The notes under the pieces were generated by a model that worked only from the letters and a program-made list of their open reading frames with translations, was not told where the DNA came from and searched no databases. Positions 1 through 9,356 of a stretch of 45,229 nt of DNA are shown piece by piece; position 1 is the stretch's first letter; the number at the start of each line of letters is the position of its first letter. Position numbers and translations under genes: made by a program. Source of the stretch: a phage; sequence record OZ346221.1; one strand, 5' to 3'.

Positions 1-1386
1 ATGCGTAACTATGCGGCAGAACACCGCGCACTGGAACGCGCGATCGCAAAGCGCAACCGACCGCCACGCCCGACACGCGTTGCGCAGGCCGTCCGCCTTT
101 ACCAGCCTGATTGCTTGCCGCACCAGGTTGAACTACTGCGCGACACAAAGACTAAAATCCTCGGCCTGTGTTCCGGCTTCGGCGGTGGAAAGTCGTGGGT
201 CGCTGCGCGTAAGGTCATCCAGCTTTTAACCCTGAACCCCGGTCATGACGGCATCGTTACAGAACCGACGATTCCCCTCCTGGTTAAAATCATGTATCCG
301 GAACTGGAGAAGGCATTCGACGAGGCTGGATTCCGGTGGAAATTCAATAAGCAGGATAAGATCTACAACGTGCTGGTAAAAGGCAAATGGACCCGCGTGA
401 TCTGTGAATCAATGGAGAACTATACCCGCCTGATCGGGGTCAACGCCGCGTGGATTGTTGCCGACGAGTTCGACACCACGAAACAAGACGTCGCGCTGGC
501 GGCGTATCACAAATTGCTCGGTCGTCTGCGTGCTGGCTTCGTCCGCCAGTTCGTCATCGTATCGACGCCTGAAGGCTACCGGGCGATGTACCAAATTTTC
601 GAGGTGGAGAAAGACAACCAGAAACGCCTGATCCGGGCGAAGACCACGGACAACCCCCATTTACCGGCGGACTTTATCGACACGCTCCGCAGTCAGTACC
701 CAGCTAACCTGATTGATGCGTACCTGAACGGCCTGTTTGTTAACCTTACGTCGGGCGCGGTGTACAAGATGTTTAATCGCGAGGAGAACGCCAGCACCGA
801 AGAAGTGCAGCCGGACGACACGCTGATTATCGGTATGGACTTTAACGTCACGAAGATGGCGGCGGTTGTGTACGTCAGACGGCAGCGAGTCACCGAGAAC
901 AAGGAGTTCCGCGACGAGATTCACGCGGTGGATGAATTTGTGGACCTGTTTGACACCCCGGCTATGATTGAGGCGATCGAGGCGCGCTACCCCGATCATT
1001 GTGCTGCCGGTCGGGTTGTCGTTTACCCGGATAGCAGCGGCAAGTCCCGCAAGACTGTCAACGCATCGTCGTCAGATATCGCACAACTGGAAGACGCGGG
1101 CTTCGAGGTGGAGTACGACAGCGTTAACCCGCCTGTGAAAGACCGATTGATCGCGATGAATACGATGATGTGCAACTCGAAGGGCGTGCGCCAGTATTTT
1201 GTCAACCTGGATAAATGCCCTACACTAGCGAAATGTCTGGAACAGCAGGTTTACGACCTGAAGAAAGGCGAGCCGGATAAAACCGCCGGTGTGGACCACA
1301 TGAACGATGCCGCAGGCTATCCAATCGCGCACCTGTTCCCGGTGATTCGCCCTATCGCCGTTGTTCCAACTGTAGACTTCTACTAA
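1..1386 (+). CDS. terL: terminase large subunit
   Basis: 461-aa ORF with Walker-A-like GLCSGFGGGKS and Walker-B-like WIVADEFD; followed directly by portal; its ATG overlaps the terS stop (TAATG) when the window ends are joined. Confidence 0.85.
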   Translation: MRNYAAEHRALERAIAKRNRPPRPTRVAQAVRLYQPDCLPHQVELLRDTKTKILGLCSGFGGGKSWVAARKVIQLLTLNPGHDGIVTEPTIPLLVKIMYPELEKAFDEAGFRWKFNKQDKIYNVLVKGKWTRVICESMENYTRLIGVNAAWIVADEFDTTKQDVALAAYHKLLGRLRAGFVRQFVIVSTPEGYRAMYQIFEVEKDNQKRLIRAKTTDNPHLPADFIDTLRSQYPANLIDAYLNGLFVNLTSGAVYKMFNREENASTEEVQPDDTLIIGMDFNVTKMAAVVYVRRQRVTENKEFRDEIHAVDEFVDLFDTPAMIEAIEARYPDHCAAGRVVVYPDSSGKSRKTVNASSSDIAQLEDAGFEVEYDSVNPPVKDRLIAMNTMMCNSKGVRQYFVNLDKCPTLAKCLEQQVYDLKKGEPDKTAGVDHMNDAAGYPIAHLFPVIRPIAVVPTVDFY

Positions 1387-1396
1387 GGAAACGACC

Positions 1397-2917
1397 ATGA
1401 CCGTTAACGTTGACAACCAGCACCCACTTTATGCGCGCATCGCGCCCGAGTGGAAGATGATCCGCGATTGTGTGGCAGGGGAGCGCGCCGTGAAGGCGTG
1501 CGGCCCCTTGTACCTGCCTCATCCCGCCAGTGGCGACAATACTGACCCGAAAGCACGGGCGCGGTATAAGGCGTACAAGCAACGCGCTGTATTCCTGAAC
1601 GCCACCGCCCGCACACTTAACGCGCTGTTAGGAGTTGCCTTTGCTAAACCGGTAAGTCTCGACCTTTCCGGGGCGATGGCTGACCTGATTGACGACGTAG
1701 ACGGCAGCGGAATGCCGCTGCCGCAACTCCTGCGCGGTGCTATGTCTGAAGTTCTGCAATCTGGCCGCGCAGGCTTTATGGTTGACTACGACCGCCAGGC
1801 GCATTTTGACGAACTGGGTAACGTAGTGCCGCAGACAGCCGCCGAGATGGCGTCACACCGCCCGCTTATCCGCCTATATACGGCAGAACAGATCATCAAC
1901 TGGCGGCAGACCCACGGCGTCGATACGCTGATTGTTCTGAAGGAAACGGACGAAATCAGCACCGAAGACCCGGACGACTTCGCAAACCACGAAGTAACAA
2001 TCTGGACCGAGCTTCGCATGATTAACGGTGCGGCACACGCCCGCCGCTGGTTTTATAATGCGGACACGTCCGAGGTGCAAATGGACTTGCCGCGGGGGTT
2101 TACCCGTACCGATCTTGTGCCGCTGGTGGATGCAGCCGGTAAGGCGCTGACACAACTCCCGTTTTGCTGGTGTGGTGCGGTGGACAACAACGCAACGCCG
2201 GACGCCGCGCCGCTGGCTGATATTGCGTCCATCAACATTAAGCACTACAACGCCGAAGCGGACGTCGCCGAGATTGCGCACATAGTGGGCCAACCAACCC
2301 TGGTTGCGACGGGCTTGACTCAATCATGGGCGGACAAAAACCTGAAAGGCGGCATCGCGCTCGGTGCGACTAAGGGCGTTATCCTGGGTCAGAACATGGA
2401 CGCCAAACTGCTTCAGGCCGAAGAACGAAACCTATCGGTCGCACTGTGTGAACGCCGAGAGCTGCAAATGGCTAAACTTGGCGCGGCCCTGGTCGAGAAG
2501 GGGACCGCACCTAAGACGGCAACCGAAGCGGCCTACGATGCGCAGACTGATAACAGTATCCTGTCACTGATTGCCGGTAACGTCGAGAAGGCTTTCAACC
2601 GTGCGCTGCAAATCGTCAAGCTGTTCACGGGCGACACCGCAGATCAACGCGTAACGCTGAATAAGTTCTACACCGAAATCACGGTTGACGCACAGCTTAT
2701 GACCGCAATGATGGCGGGTGTGCAGACCGGTACGGTCCGGCTGGCGGACTTTATCAAGTGGATGATGGCCCAGGGCGTCATTGATGACTCGCAAACCGTC
2801 GAGCAGGTGGAAGACGAACTGCGAAATCAGAATCCATTGCCTCAAATGTCCCCTGATGCGGTAGAATCCACCGAAGAAGACCCGGACAAGGTAGCGGACA
2901 ATGGCGAAGACAATTAA
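1397..2917 (+). CDS. portal protein
   Basis: 506-aa ORF immediately after terL, acidic C-terminus, RBS AAGGAAA upstream; position and size typical of a portal. Confidence 0.7.
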   Translation: MTVNVDNQHPLYARIAPEWKMIRDCVAGERAVKACGPLYLPHPASGDNTDPKARARYKAYKQRAVFLNATARTLNALLGVAFAKPVSLDLSGAMADLIDDVDGSGMPLPQLLRGAMSEVLQSGRAGFMVDYDRQAHFDELGNVVPQTAAEMASHRPLIRLYTAEQIINWRQTHGVDTLIVLKETDEISTEDPDDFANHEVTIWTELRMINGAAHARRWFYNADTSEVQMDLPRGFTRTDLVPLVDAAGKALTQLPFCWCGAVDNNATPDAAPLADIASINIKHYNAEADVAEIAHIVGQPTLVATGLTQSWADKNLKGGIALGATKGVILGQNMDAKLLQAEERNLSVALCERRELQMAKLGAALVEKGTAPKTATEAAYDAQTDNSILSLIAGNVEKAFNRALQIVKLFTGDTADQRVTLNKFYTEITVDAQLMTAMMAGVQTGTVRLADFIKWMMAQGVIDDSQTVEQVEDELRNQNPLPQMSPDAVESTEEDPDKVADNGEDN

Positions 2918-4004
2918 TCAATATATGGCGGATCGAATGATTCGCCGTCACATCTTCACCCAGCGCCTGAGCAATGATCAGGCGCGACGGGTGCTGGCTA
3001 TGTGGGAGAAGTTCCGGCCCGCTTTACTGGGTAAGTTGACCGAGTTACTTGATGGCAAAAAGTCCATGAGCAACAAGGCACTTACCACACTGTTAACCCG
3101 AATCGACAAGACCGTCAAAACGGAACTGCGCGCCGAGTTTAAAGTGCTGGCGGAGAGCCTTCAGGAGTTCGCCGACACCGAGGCTGATTATCTCTCGGAC
3201 ACACTAACGGCAGCGATCCAGCCCGCGGTCGCCATACCCGCGGTGGAGGTGGTGAGTGTAGTGACTGGCGCGCAGATCGCAGCGACTGCAATGAGAAACC
3301 CGTTCCAGGGTAACACCATGATGCAGTGGCCTGATTCACTTTCCGAGTGGACCAGGACGCAGATCGGTAATCAGGTGCGCGCCGGATTCATCCAGGGCAA
3401 GCCAACGATGGAAATTATTGCGGATGTGAGGCGCGCGCTAGGCGGTCGTAGTGCGCAAGCAATCTCAAGCGTTGTTAAGTCCGCGGTCAACCACTACGCG
3501 GCTACCGCCCGCGAATTAATGGTAAAAGCTAATGACGATATTCTCGAAGGTCGCCAATGGTTGGCTACATTGGACACTCATACTTCCCCAATGTGCCAGC
3601 TACGCGATCGCCTGTTTTATCCTGTTGACGTCACTCCCGACACCAAAGGAAAGCGCGGCGGGAAAGTGGTGGCTGGATCACAATATGGCGCTGGTCCGGG
3701 CAAGCTACATTATTGCTGCCGTTCGACGGAGACGTGGAAAGTTAAGGGCATGGAAGATTGGCCCAGTGGTAAGCGTCCGGCACTGAAGGCTGAAGCGGGC
3801 AGATTGCTGAGTGAGCAGGTCGACGCGCAGACTGATTTCTTCTCATGGGTGCAGCGCCAGCCGCGCCATATTCTGGAGGAATTATATGGAGTGCAGCGCG
3901 CAGACCAGATTATGCGAGGCGTGAGAGTGCCGAAGATGTTCACCGATTCTGGCGAACTGATGACTATCGCACAGCTTAAAAACCGGGGGTTATGGCGTGA
4001 TTAA
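2901..4004 (+). CDS. MuF-like minor head (head morphogenesis) protein
   Basis: 367 aa, follows portal; contains WLATLDTHTSPMCQLRDRLFYPV, resembling the conserved MuF/SPP1 gp7 motif. Confidence 0.65.
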   Translation: MAKTINQYMADRMIRRHIFTQRLSNDQARRVLAMWEKFRPALLGKLTELLDGKKSMSNKALTTLLTRIDKTVKTELRAEFKVLAESLQEFADTEADYLSDTLTAAIQPAVAIPAVEVVSVVTGAQIAATAMRNPFQGNTMMQWPDSLSEWTRTQIGNQVRAGFIQGKPTMEIIADVRRALGGRSAQAISSVVKSAVNHYAATARELMVKANDDILEGRQWLATLDTHTSPMCQLRDRLFYPVDVTPDTKGKRGGKVVAGSQYGAGPGKLHYCCRSTETWKVKGMEDWPSGKRPALKAEAGRLLSEQVDAQTDFFSWVQRQPRHILEELYGVQRADQIMRGVRVPKMFTDSGELMTIAQLKNRGLWRD

Positions 4005-4305
4005 ATACGCAGCGATTGGGCTGGTAATAGGCCTGGCGGTTGGATTCTGGCAGGGGGATTCCTACCGCGCAGGCGTTGAGGCGAGAGCGGCGCAAGAAGC
4101 GCAAGCGAAAGCCCAACGGCAGCAAACTAAGGTCGTCGAGGGGGCGGTGCAAGCAGAACAGACCCGCGATGTGGAATACCGGACTATCACGAAAGAGGTT
4201 GTAAAATATGTTACGCGTCCTAACCGTCCTGATTGCAGTTTTGATGATGAGCGCGTGCGGATCAAGCAACGTGCCATCGACGCCGCTAACCGAGTCGGTC
4301 TATAG
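3997..4305 (+). CDS. Rz-like inner-membrane spanin candidate
   Basis: GTG start; N-terminal TM helix MIKYAAIGLVIGLAVGFW followed by Ala/Gln/Glu-rich coiled-coil-like region; overlapped out of frame by a lipoprotein ORF. Confidence 0.5.
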   Translation: MIKYAAIGLVIGLAVGFWQGDSYRAGVEARAAQEAQAKAQRQQTKVVEGAVQAEQTRDVEYRTITKEVVKYVTRPNRPDCSFDDERVRIKQRAIDAANRVGL

Positions 4306-4438
4306 GCCACCTTGCACCTTTGAGAATGCCTCGGCAGATCCAGACGAAGATTTGCTGGTTGATGTTAAAAATATGGAGTGCGGTGCTAAGCTGAGGGCGC
4401 AGGTCCTGGAGTTGCAGCAAATAATTAAGGGGCCGTAA
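4208..4438 (+). CDS. Rz1-like outer-membrane lipoprotein spanin candidate
   Basis: Signal peptide with lipobox-like MSAC, Pro-containing mature region with extra Cys; RBS AAAGAGG upstream; starts inside and extends beyond the Rz-like ORF. Confidence 0.5.
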   Translation: MLRVLTVLIAVLMMSACGSSNVPSTPLTESVYRPPCTFENASADPDEDLLVDVKNMECGAKLRAQVLELQQIIKGP

Positions 4439-4450
4439 TGGCCCCTTTTT
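4429..4450. terminator. bidirectional intrinsic terminator between convergent genes
   Basis: GGGGCC-GTAAT-GGCCCC hairpin followed by TTTTT on + strand and flanked by A/T on the other; sits between + gene ending 4438 and - gene ending 4453 (approximate coordinates). Confidence 0.6.
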
Positions 4451-4452
4451 CG

Positions 4453-5217
4453 TTAGCGCGGAATACCGCAAATCTCGTTGAGAGTTTTCACATCCAGCGC
4501 CACCGCCGTGGACTTCGGCTTGTCCGGGTAAGGGATGAATTGCTCAACTTCAGGCCATGCCTTAATCAGCTTCTTGTCAGTATTGTGCAGGTCCAGAACA
4601 CCGGTAACGGTTAGTTTGAACGCATCATACTTCGCGCGCAACTCGCTACGGGCCTTGTCGTTGCGGTCCAAGCGTTTACAGAAGTCATGGTCTGCCGGGT
4701 AATCTACGCGACCGCGAGGGAGATATATCGGCAGCGCATTCCCGTCCTCGTCCACTTCACACACCGACGCGAGCATAACTGTCTCGAACCCCGGAACGAT
4801 ATCGCCGAGATCAGGCGCAAGCTTATTCATATATTTCTCTTCCCAGTATCCGCGATGTACGCGGTATTGGCGACCGTCACCGCTCAATGACAAGGTGCGA
4901 ACATTGCCGCCTGCGTTGATTTCAAAGGTGGCGTTATAGACGCTGCCGATACCCTTCGGGCGGTCGGAGTTATAACTATACGTCGCCTTGTTGGTGTATA
5001 CGCTGACGCCGTACATCTGCGACTGGTCGTCGCGGATTTCCTTGATATGCTCGCGGAGCGCTGCGAATGTGCGAATGCCGTCCGGCATACAGTCCAGCGT
5101 GATTGCGTACGCCAGATCGCGAGAGTCCATCATGATTTGTTTGGCTTCGGTTGCGATTTCGTGGTCGCGCAGGATGTTAGCCAGAATCTGGTTTTTAATG
5201 TCTTTCGTCAGTCTCAT
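4453..5217 (-). CDS. hypothetical protein, reverse-oriented accessory gene inside the head module
   Basis: 254 aa from internal ATG (MRLTKDIKNQ...) with RBS GAGGA; long N-terminal extension in the ORF track judged spurious; no recognisable motif. Confidence 0.6.
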   Translation of the reverse strand: MRLTKDIKNQILANILRDHEIATEAKQIMMDSRDLAYAITLDCMPDGIRTFAALREHIKEIRDDQSQMYGVSVYTNKATYSYNSDRPKGIGSVYNATFEINAGGNVRTLSLSGDGRQYRVHRGYWEEKYMNKLAPDLGDIVPGFETVMLASVCEVDEDGNALPIYLPRGRVDYPADHDFCKRLDRNDKARSELRAKYDAFKLTVTGVLDLHNTDKKLIKAWPEVEQFIPYPDKPKSTAVALDVKTLNEICGIPR

Positions 5218-5224
5218 TAGTGTG

Positions 5225-5262
5225 TCCTCGTTGTTGGTGTGCAACCAATATATGCAACCAAT
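5225..5262 (-). promoter_or_regulatory. sigma70-like promoter for the 4453..5217 gene, with tandem TGCAACCAAT motifs
   Basis: On the - strand: TTGCAA, 17-nt spacer, TATATT, then leader ATTGGTTGCACACCAAC...GAGGA; leader nearly identical to the one upstream of 40493 (approximate coordinates). Confidence 0.45.
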
Positions 5263-5365
5263 ATGAGGATTGCAAGCGAATTTTGCGATTATTTTTATCG
5301 CTGATAATATTAGAAGCGTGAAGTCGAGCGGGTGGCCTGCTCTGCCACAATCCCAGGGGGATAGC

Positions 5366-6070
5366 ATGAAACTTACTAAAGCAGAATATGACGCGTTGCC
5401 GGAAGGTATGAAGGCGCTTTTTGTTGCCGATGGCGACGGGTATAAATCAACGTTCATGACCGCAGAAGAAGTACAGGCGGAAATCAAGGGTCTGAAAGAC
5501 AATAACGCGAAGCTGGTGAGCGAGAAGAAAGCAGAAGCTGAACGCCGCGCCGAAGCCGAGCGACTTGCGAAAGAGAAAGAGGAAGCCGCCGCGCGAAAAA
5601 ATGGTGACCTCGAAGCGATCGACAAGTCCTGGAAAGATAAGTTTGCGAAACACGAAGCAGACACATCGGGAAAAATCGAAGCCTACCGCAAGCAGATCCA
5701 CGATCTAACCATCGGCAGCGCTGCCAAAGACCTGGCCTCGAAGCTGTTCGGTAAGAATGCTGGCATCATGCAACGCCACGTTATGGACCGCCTGACGCTG
5801 GAAGACGGCGAAGACGGCAGCTTGAAGGTGCGTGTCTTGCAGGATGGCAAACCATCCGCGCTGACTATGGAAGAGCTTGAAAAAGAGTTCCGTAATAACG
5901 CCGATTTTGCATCCGTCCTGGCTGGCACGCCAGCCGGTGGTGCGCCGAGCAAACCGACGCATGTTGTCGAAGATGTGAAGTCGAAAATCTCTATGGGCCA
6001 CAGCTTCGGTATCACCGATCTCACCAAACAGGCGGGGGATATCATCGCGAAGATGGGCGACGACGAGTAA
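5366..6070 (+). CDS. scaffolding protein candidate
   Basis: 235 aa from ATG with GGGGGA RBS; Ala/Glu/Lys-rich helical sequence; located directly upstream of the major capsid gene. Confidence 0.5.
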   Translation: MKLTKAEYDALPEGMKALFVADGDGYKSTFMTAEEVQAEIKGLKDNNAKLVSEKKAEAERRAEAERLAKEKEEAAARKNGDLEAIDKSWKDKFAKHEADTSGKIEAYRKQIHDLTIGSAAKDLASKLFGKNAGIMQRHVMDRLTLEDGEDGSLKVRVLQDGKPSALTMEELEKEFRNNADFASVLAGTPAGGAPSKPTHVVEDVKSKISMGHSFGITDLTKQAGDIIAKMGDDE

Positions 6071-6072
6071 GC

Positions 6073-6101
6073 AGATCGCCCGCTTTCGCGGGCGATTTTG
6101 C
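6073..6101 (+). terminator. intrinsic terminator/attenuator
   Basis: ATCGCCCGC-TTTC-GCGGGCGAT hairpin followed by TTTTG (approximate coordinates). Confidence 0.5.
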
Positions 6102-6167
6102 TAGCGCGGAAATCTAAGGTAACATTAACGTCACTGGGCGAATGCTCACAACTCAAAGGATTTCGAT

Positions 6168-7262
6168 ATGTCTTTAACAGTGTTCCAGCGTAAACTCGTT
6201 ACCGCGGTTACGCAAATGATCCCCGATAACCTGAACGTGTTCAACGCTGCCGCTAACGGCGCTGTTGTTCTCGGCACGGGTGAAGTGCTGAAGGACGTTG
6301 TAGAAAAAATGTCCGTAGGCTTGATCGCCAACCTCGTTACCGACCGTAACGCCTACGCCCCTGTAGGTACTCCGGCTACCGCAAAAGTGCTGGCGCGTAT
6401 GCTGACCAACTCCGTTAACCTGTCCGCGAAAGTGGGTCCGGTGGCGATCACTAAGGCCATGATGGCTAAGATCGAAACCAACGTTAACAGCGTTGCGGCT
6501 GAGATTGCGGCACAGGCTACTCAAGCGATTATGCTGCATTACCTCAAAGCTGGTATCGGTGCGGGCAAAGCAGCTATTGAAAGCAACATAGAAGCAAAAT
6601 ACACCCAACCGGCGCGCGTTGACGGCGTTGGCGGTCGTACCTTCCCAACCCTGGCAGACTTCCCGCTGGCGGCTTCTAAGTTCGGCGATCAGGCGTCTTT
6701 GATTAAATCCTGGTTTATGGACGGCGTTACCTGGGCAAACTTCATTGCTTACCAGGCGCTCCCTTCCGCCGAGCAGGTATTCGCGATCGGCGATCTGCAA
6801 GTGATGGGCGACGGCCTGGGCCGCCGTTTTATTATCTCCGATGCCGCTGCCGGTGCTATGGGCGCTGGCAAAATGCTGGGCCTGGTCCCTGGCGCGGTTG
6901 CGGTTACCACCAACGGCCTCGATATGCTGGCGCAGGAGAAAGGCGGTAACGAGAACATCGAGCGCTGGTGGCAGGGCGAGTTCGACTTCAACGTGGCTGT
7001 TAAAGGTTACCGTCTGACGGCGTCCGCTCGAACCCCGATCGAAGGTGTGCGCTCGTTCAAACTGGACGATATTACCAATGTCGATAACTGGGAACTGGAC
7101 CAGGGCCAGGTAGACAACGCACCGGCAACCGTTCAGGATGTTGGCGGCGATAGCGATACTAAAGGCCGTCGTAAGACCCAGGCCGCACAGGCAGTGCCTA
7201 CCCGTCACATCAAGGAAACCGCTGGCGTACTGGTTACGCTGACTGCGACCACCGCGTCTTAA
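6168..7262 (+). CDS. major capsid protein
   Basis: 364 aa, follows scaffold candidate, strong terminator immediately downstream; Gly/Ala-rich composition typical of a major capsid protein. Confidence 0.7.
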   Translation: MSLTVFQRKLVTAVTQMIPDNLNVFNAAANGAVVLGTGEVLKDVVEKMSVGLIANLVTDRNAYAPVGTPATAKVLARMLTNSVNLSAKVGPVAITKAMMAKIETNVNSVAAEIAAQATQAIMLHYLKAGIGAGKAAIESNIEAKYTQPARVDGVGGRTFPTLADFPLAASKFGDQASLIKSWFMDGVTWANFIAYQALPSAEQVFAIGDLQVMGDGLGRRFIISDAAAGAMGAGKMLGLVPGAVAVTTNGLDMLAQEKGGNENIERWWQGEFDFNVAVKGYRLTASARTPIEGVRSFKLDDITNVDNWELDQGQVDNAPATVQDVGGDSDTKGRRKTQAAQAVPTRHIKETAGVLVTLTATTAS

Positions 7263-7280
7263 CGGGCGCACATCCCAAAT

Positions 7281-7306
7281 GGGCGGGCTTATGCCCGCCT
7301 TTTTTA
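7281..7306 (+). terminator. strong intrinsic terminator after major capsid gene
   Basis: GGGCGGGC-TTAT-GCCCGCC hairpin followed by TTTTTT (approximate coordinates). Confidence 0.7.
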
Positions 7307-7320
7307 TAGGAGTGAATCTA

Positions 7321-7821
7321 ATGTATGGCGACCCGCAAACCTTTGTCGATTATGCCGCCGCGCGAGGCGTTGAAGTCACGTTGGGCGATGCAACGCGACA
7401 CCTTACCATCGTTAATGACTTCCTTAACGGCATCAACTGGATCGGCGAACAGGCGGACCAGACAGGACTAGACGCATGGCCCCGCATCAATTACCCATCG
7501 GACGGGAAGCCGGTGCGCGACACGCTAACCGAAGTCGTGGCGGTAGTGCCTGTCGGGCAAATCGTAGACTTTGCATCAATCCCCGTCGCCGTTGAACAAG
7601 CCGTTTACCGGCTGGCGCTGTTGGTGGCAGACGAGATCGATATTTCTCCTGTCGGCGATGGTAAAGAGACTATTCGCGAAACGGTCGGCCCGATCACGAT
7701 GGAGTATGACCCGGCGTCTATTGGTAGCGGGGTGTCGTTCCCGTGGTGGGATGGCTTGTTAGGGCACTGGGTTGATTCAGGCGGCAACGCCGCAGGCAAT
7801 TTCGACGTATTCAGGGGGTAA
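7321..7821 (+). CDS. head-tail connector/adaptor protein candidate
   Basis: 166 aa from internal ATG with RBS AGGAGTG; the ORF-track start lies inside the terminator hairpin; call is by position between capsid and tail genes. Confidence 0.4.
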   Translation: MYGDPQTFVDYAAARGVEVTLGDATRHLTIVNDFLNGINWIGEQADQTGLDAWPRINYPSDGKPVRDTLTEVVAVVPVGQIVDFASIPVAVEQAVYRLALLVADEIDISPVGDGKETIRETVGPITMEYDPASIGSGVSFPWWDGLLGHWVDSGGNAAGNFDVFRG

Positions 7822-7925
7822 TATGAATCCTGCATTACTCGCGGCGATAATCGCCGCCAACGCTAAACGGCAACCAGAACAACCGGAGCCAGAACCAGTA
7901 CCACCGGCACAGGAGCGTGAAGAAG

Positions 7926-8279
7926 ATGGCGGGCTTTAATTACGCAGGATTAAAGCGGAAAGTGAATCCGCTGATTAAAAAATTCGGCATGACCGTTACG
8001 GTTACGCGTCCGGGGTCGGTTGACCGTGTAGACGGCGAAGAAGTTGTCATCCCACCGACCTCGTTTGACGTCATCGGTCTTCGCGAGGAGTACAAGCCGA
8101 GCGAGATCGACGGAACGCGTATCGTTGCCGGTGATGTGAAGTTTTTATGTCGGGCGGTTGAGCAATTGCGGGTAGGCGACCTGGTTAATCTGAACGGTGC
8201 CGACTACCGGGTCGTCAATCCAAACCCACTGCAACCGGCAGGCACGACCATGCTGTTTCAACTACAGCTAAGGGGCTGA
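7926..8279 (+). CDS. head-tail joining protein candidate
   Basis: 118 aa; small structural-module ORF; call is by position. Confidence 0.4.
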   Translation: MAGFNYAGLKRKVNPLIKKFGMTVTVTRPGSVDRVDGEEVVIPPTSFDVIGLREEYKPSEIDGTRIVAGDVKFLCRAVEQLRVGDLVNLNGADYRVVNPNPLQPAGTTMLFQLQLRG

Positions 8280-8280
8280 C

Positions 8281-8874
8281 GTGGCTGAAGTATACTCATT
8301 CGCCGCCACTATTGCTACGTGGGTGGATAAGACGAAGGAGAACAACGATAAGGCGGTGCGGGCGTACGGGATGCAAATACTCGGACGCCTTATTGAGATC
8401 TCCCCGGTTGGCGACCCTCGCCGGTGGAAGATTAACAAGGCTTATGCAATGGCCCGCCAGCACGCGAACAAGGTGAACGCCGCACAGCGCCGCAAGAATG
8501 GCGGCAAACTGAAGCGCGGGCAGAAGAAGCACGCCAGTGTGCTCGTCTCATTCAAAACTAAAAACGGCAACGTCACGTTCCGCCAGCGTGGCTGGGCCGC
8601 GAAAAATTACACCGGCGGACGCTTCCGGGGAAACTGGCAGGTTACGTTCGACCGCCCAGCTGTAGGCGCTATCGACCGCGTGGACAAGGCCGGAACGGCA
8701 ACATTAGCCGCAGGGCGTGAAGTGCTGGCACATTATGATTCTGGCGAATACGGGTCGATCTGGTTTACGAACAATGTGCCGTACGCGCAGCGGCTGGAGT
8801 ATGGCTGGAGTAAACAAGCGCCCGCGGGGATTGTTCGCGTCGTAGCGGCAGAAATCAATTCTAAGGTGAAATAA
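8281..8874 (+). CDS. tail completion protein candidate (HK97 gp10-like)
   Basis: 197 aa; C-terminal NVPYAQRLEYGWS resembles the conserved motif of HK97 gp10-family neck proteins; sits at the lambda Z position. Confidence 0.45.
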   Translation: MAEVYSFAATIATWVDKTKENNDKAVRAYGMQILGRLIEISPVGDPRRWKINKAYAMARQHANKVNAAQRRKNGGKLKRGQKKHASVLVSFKTKNGNVTFRQRGWAAKNYTGGRFRGNWQVTFDRPAVGAIDRVDKAGTATLAAGREVLAHYDSGEYGSIWFTNNVPYAQRLEYGWSKQAPAGIVRVVAAEINSKVK

Positions 8875-9296
8875 TGAGCAATACACTAATCCGCAAGGCG
8901 CTTAACAGCGTAGTTGAAGAATTAGCGGGGAGCCTGAGCACTAGCACGCGCCCGATAAAGGTTAACTGGGAGAACGTGAGCGGCGACCACGCAAACGGCA
9001 GCGGTGTCTACCTGGAACCATATCTGCTTCCGGCCCCGACCCAGTTTGTGGGCTTCCAGCAGAAGGGCCGGATCTATGCAGGTGTGTATCAGGTCGCCGT
9101 GGTATTTCCTGCGGGCACTGGCACACAGTATGCGAGCGAACTGGCGGACACCATCGCGACGTCTGACAAGTGGCGGGCCGTAAGGCTTGCAGGCGCTTCA
9201 TTCCAGCTTCAGGACGCGCCATACACCAGTTCAGTGATTGAGGATGTTGATCGCGCCCGCATCGTGGTTACAGTCCCCTACACCTGTTGCGCCTGA
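8874..9296 (+). CDS. tail terminator protein candidate
   Basis: 140 aa directly upstream of the major tail gene (lambda U position); ATGA overlap with the preceding gene. Confidence 0.4.
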   Translation: MSNTLIRKALNSVVEELAGSLSTSTRPIKVNWENVSGDHANGSGVYLEPYLLPAPTQFVGFQQKGRIYAGVYQVAVVFPAGTGTQYASELADTIATSDKWRAVRLAGASFQLQDAPYTSSVIEDVDRARIVVTVPYTCCA

Positions 9297-9356
9297 TTTG
9301 GCGCATTTCTGCGCGTGCTGTATCATTAATCCGTATATCTAAACAGGAGCTTCATT

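Noticed and set aside
6174-7271. 365-aa ORF on the minus strand exactly mirroring the major capsid gene
   Set aside because: It is antisense to a well-supported structural gene with RBS and terminator; its Arg/Gly/Ala-rich composition is typical of a shadow ORF in GC-rich coding DNA.
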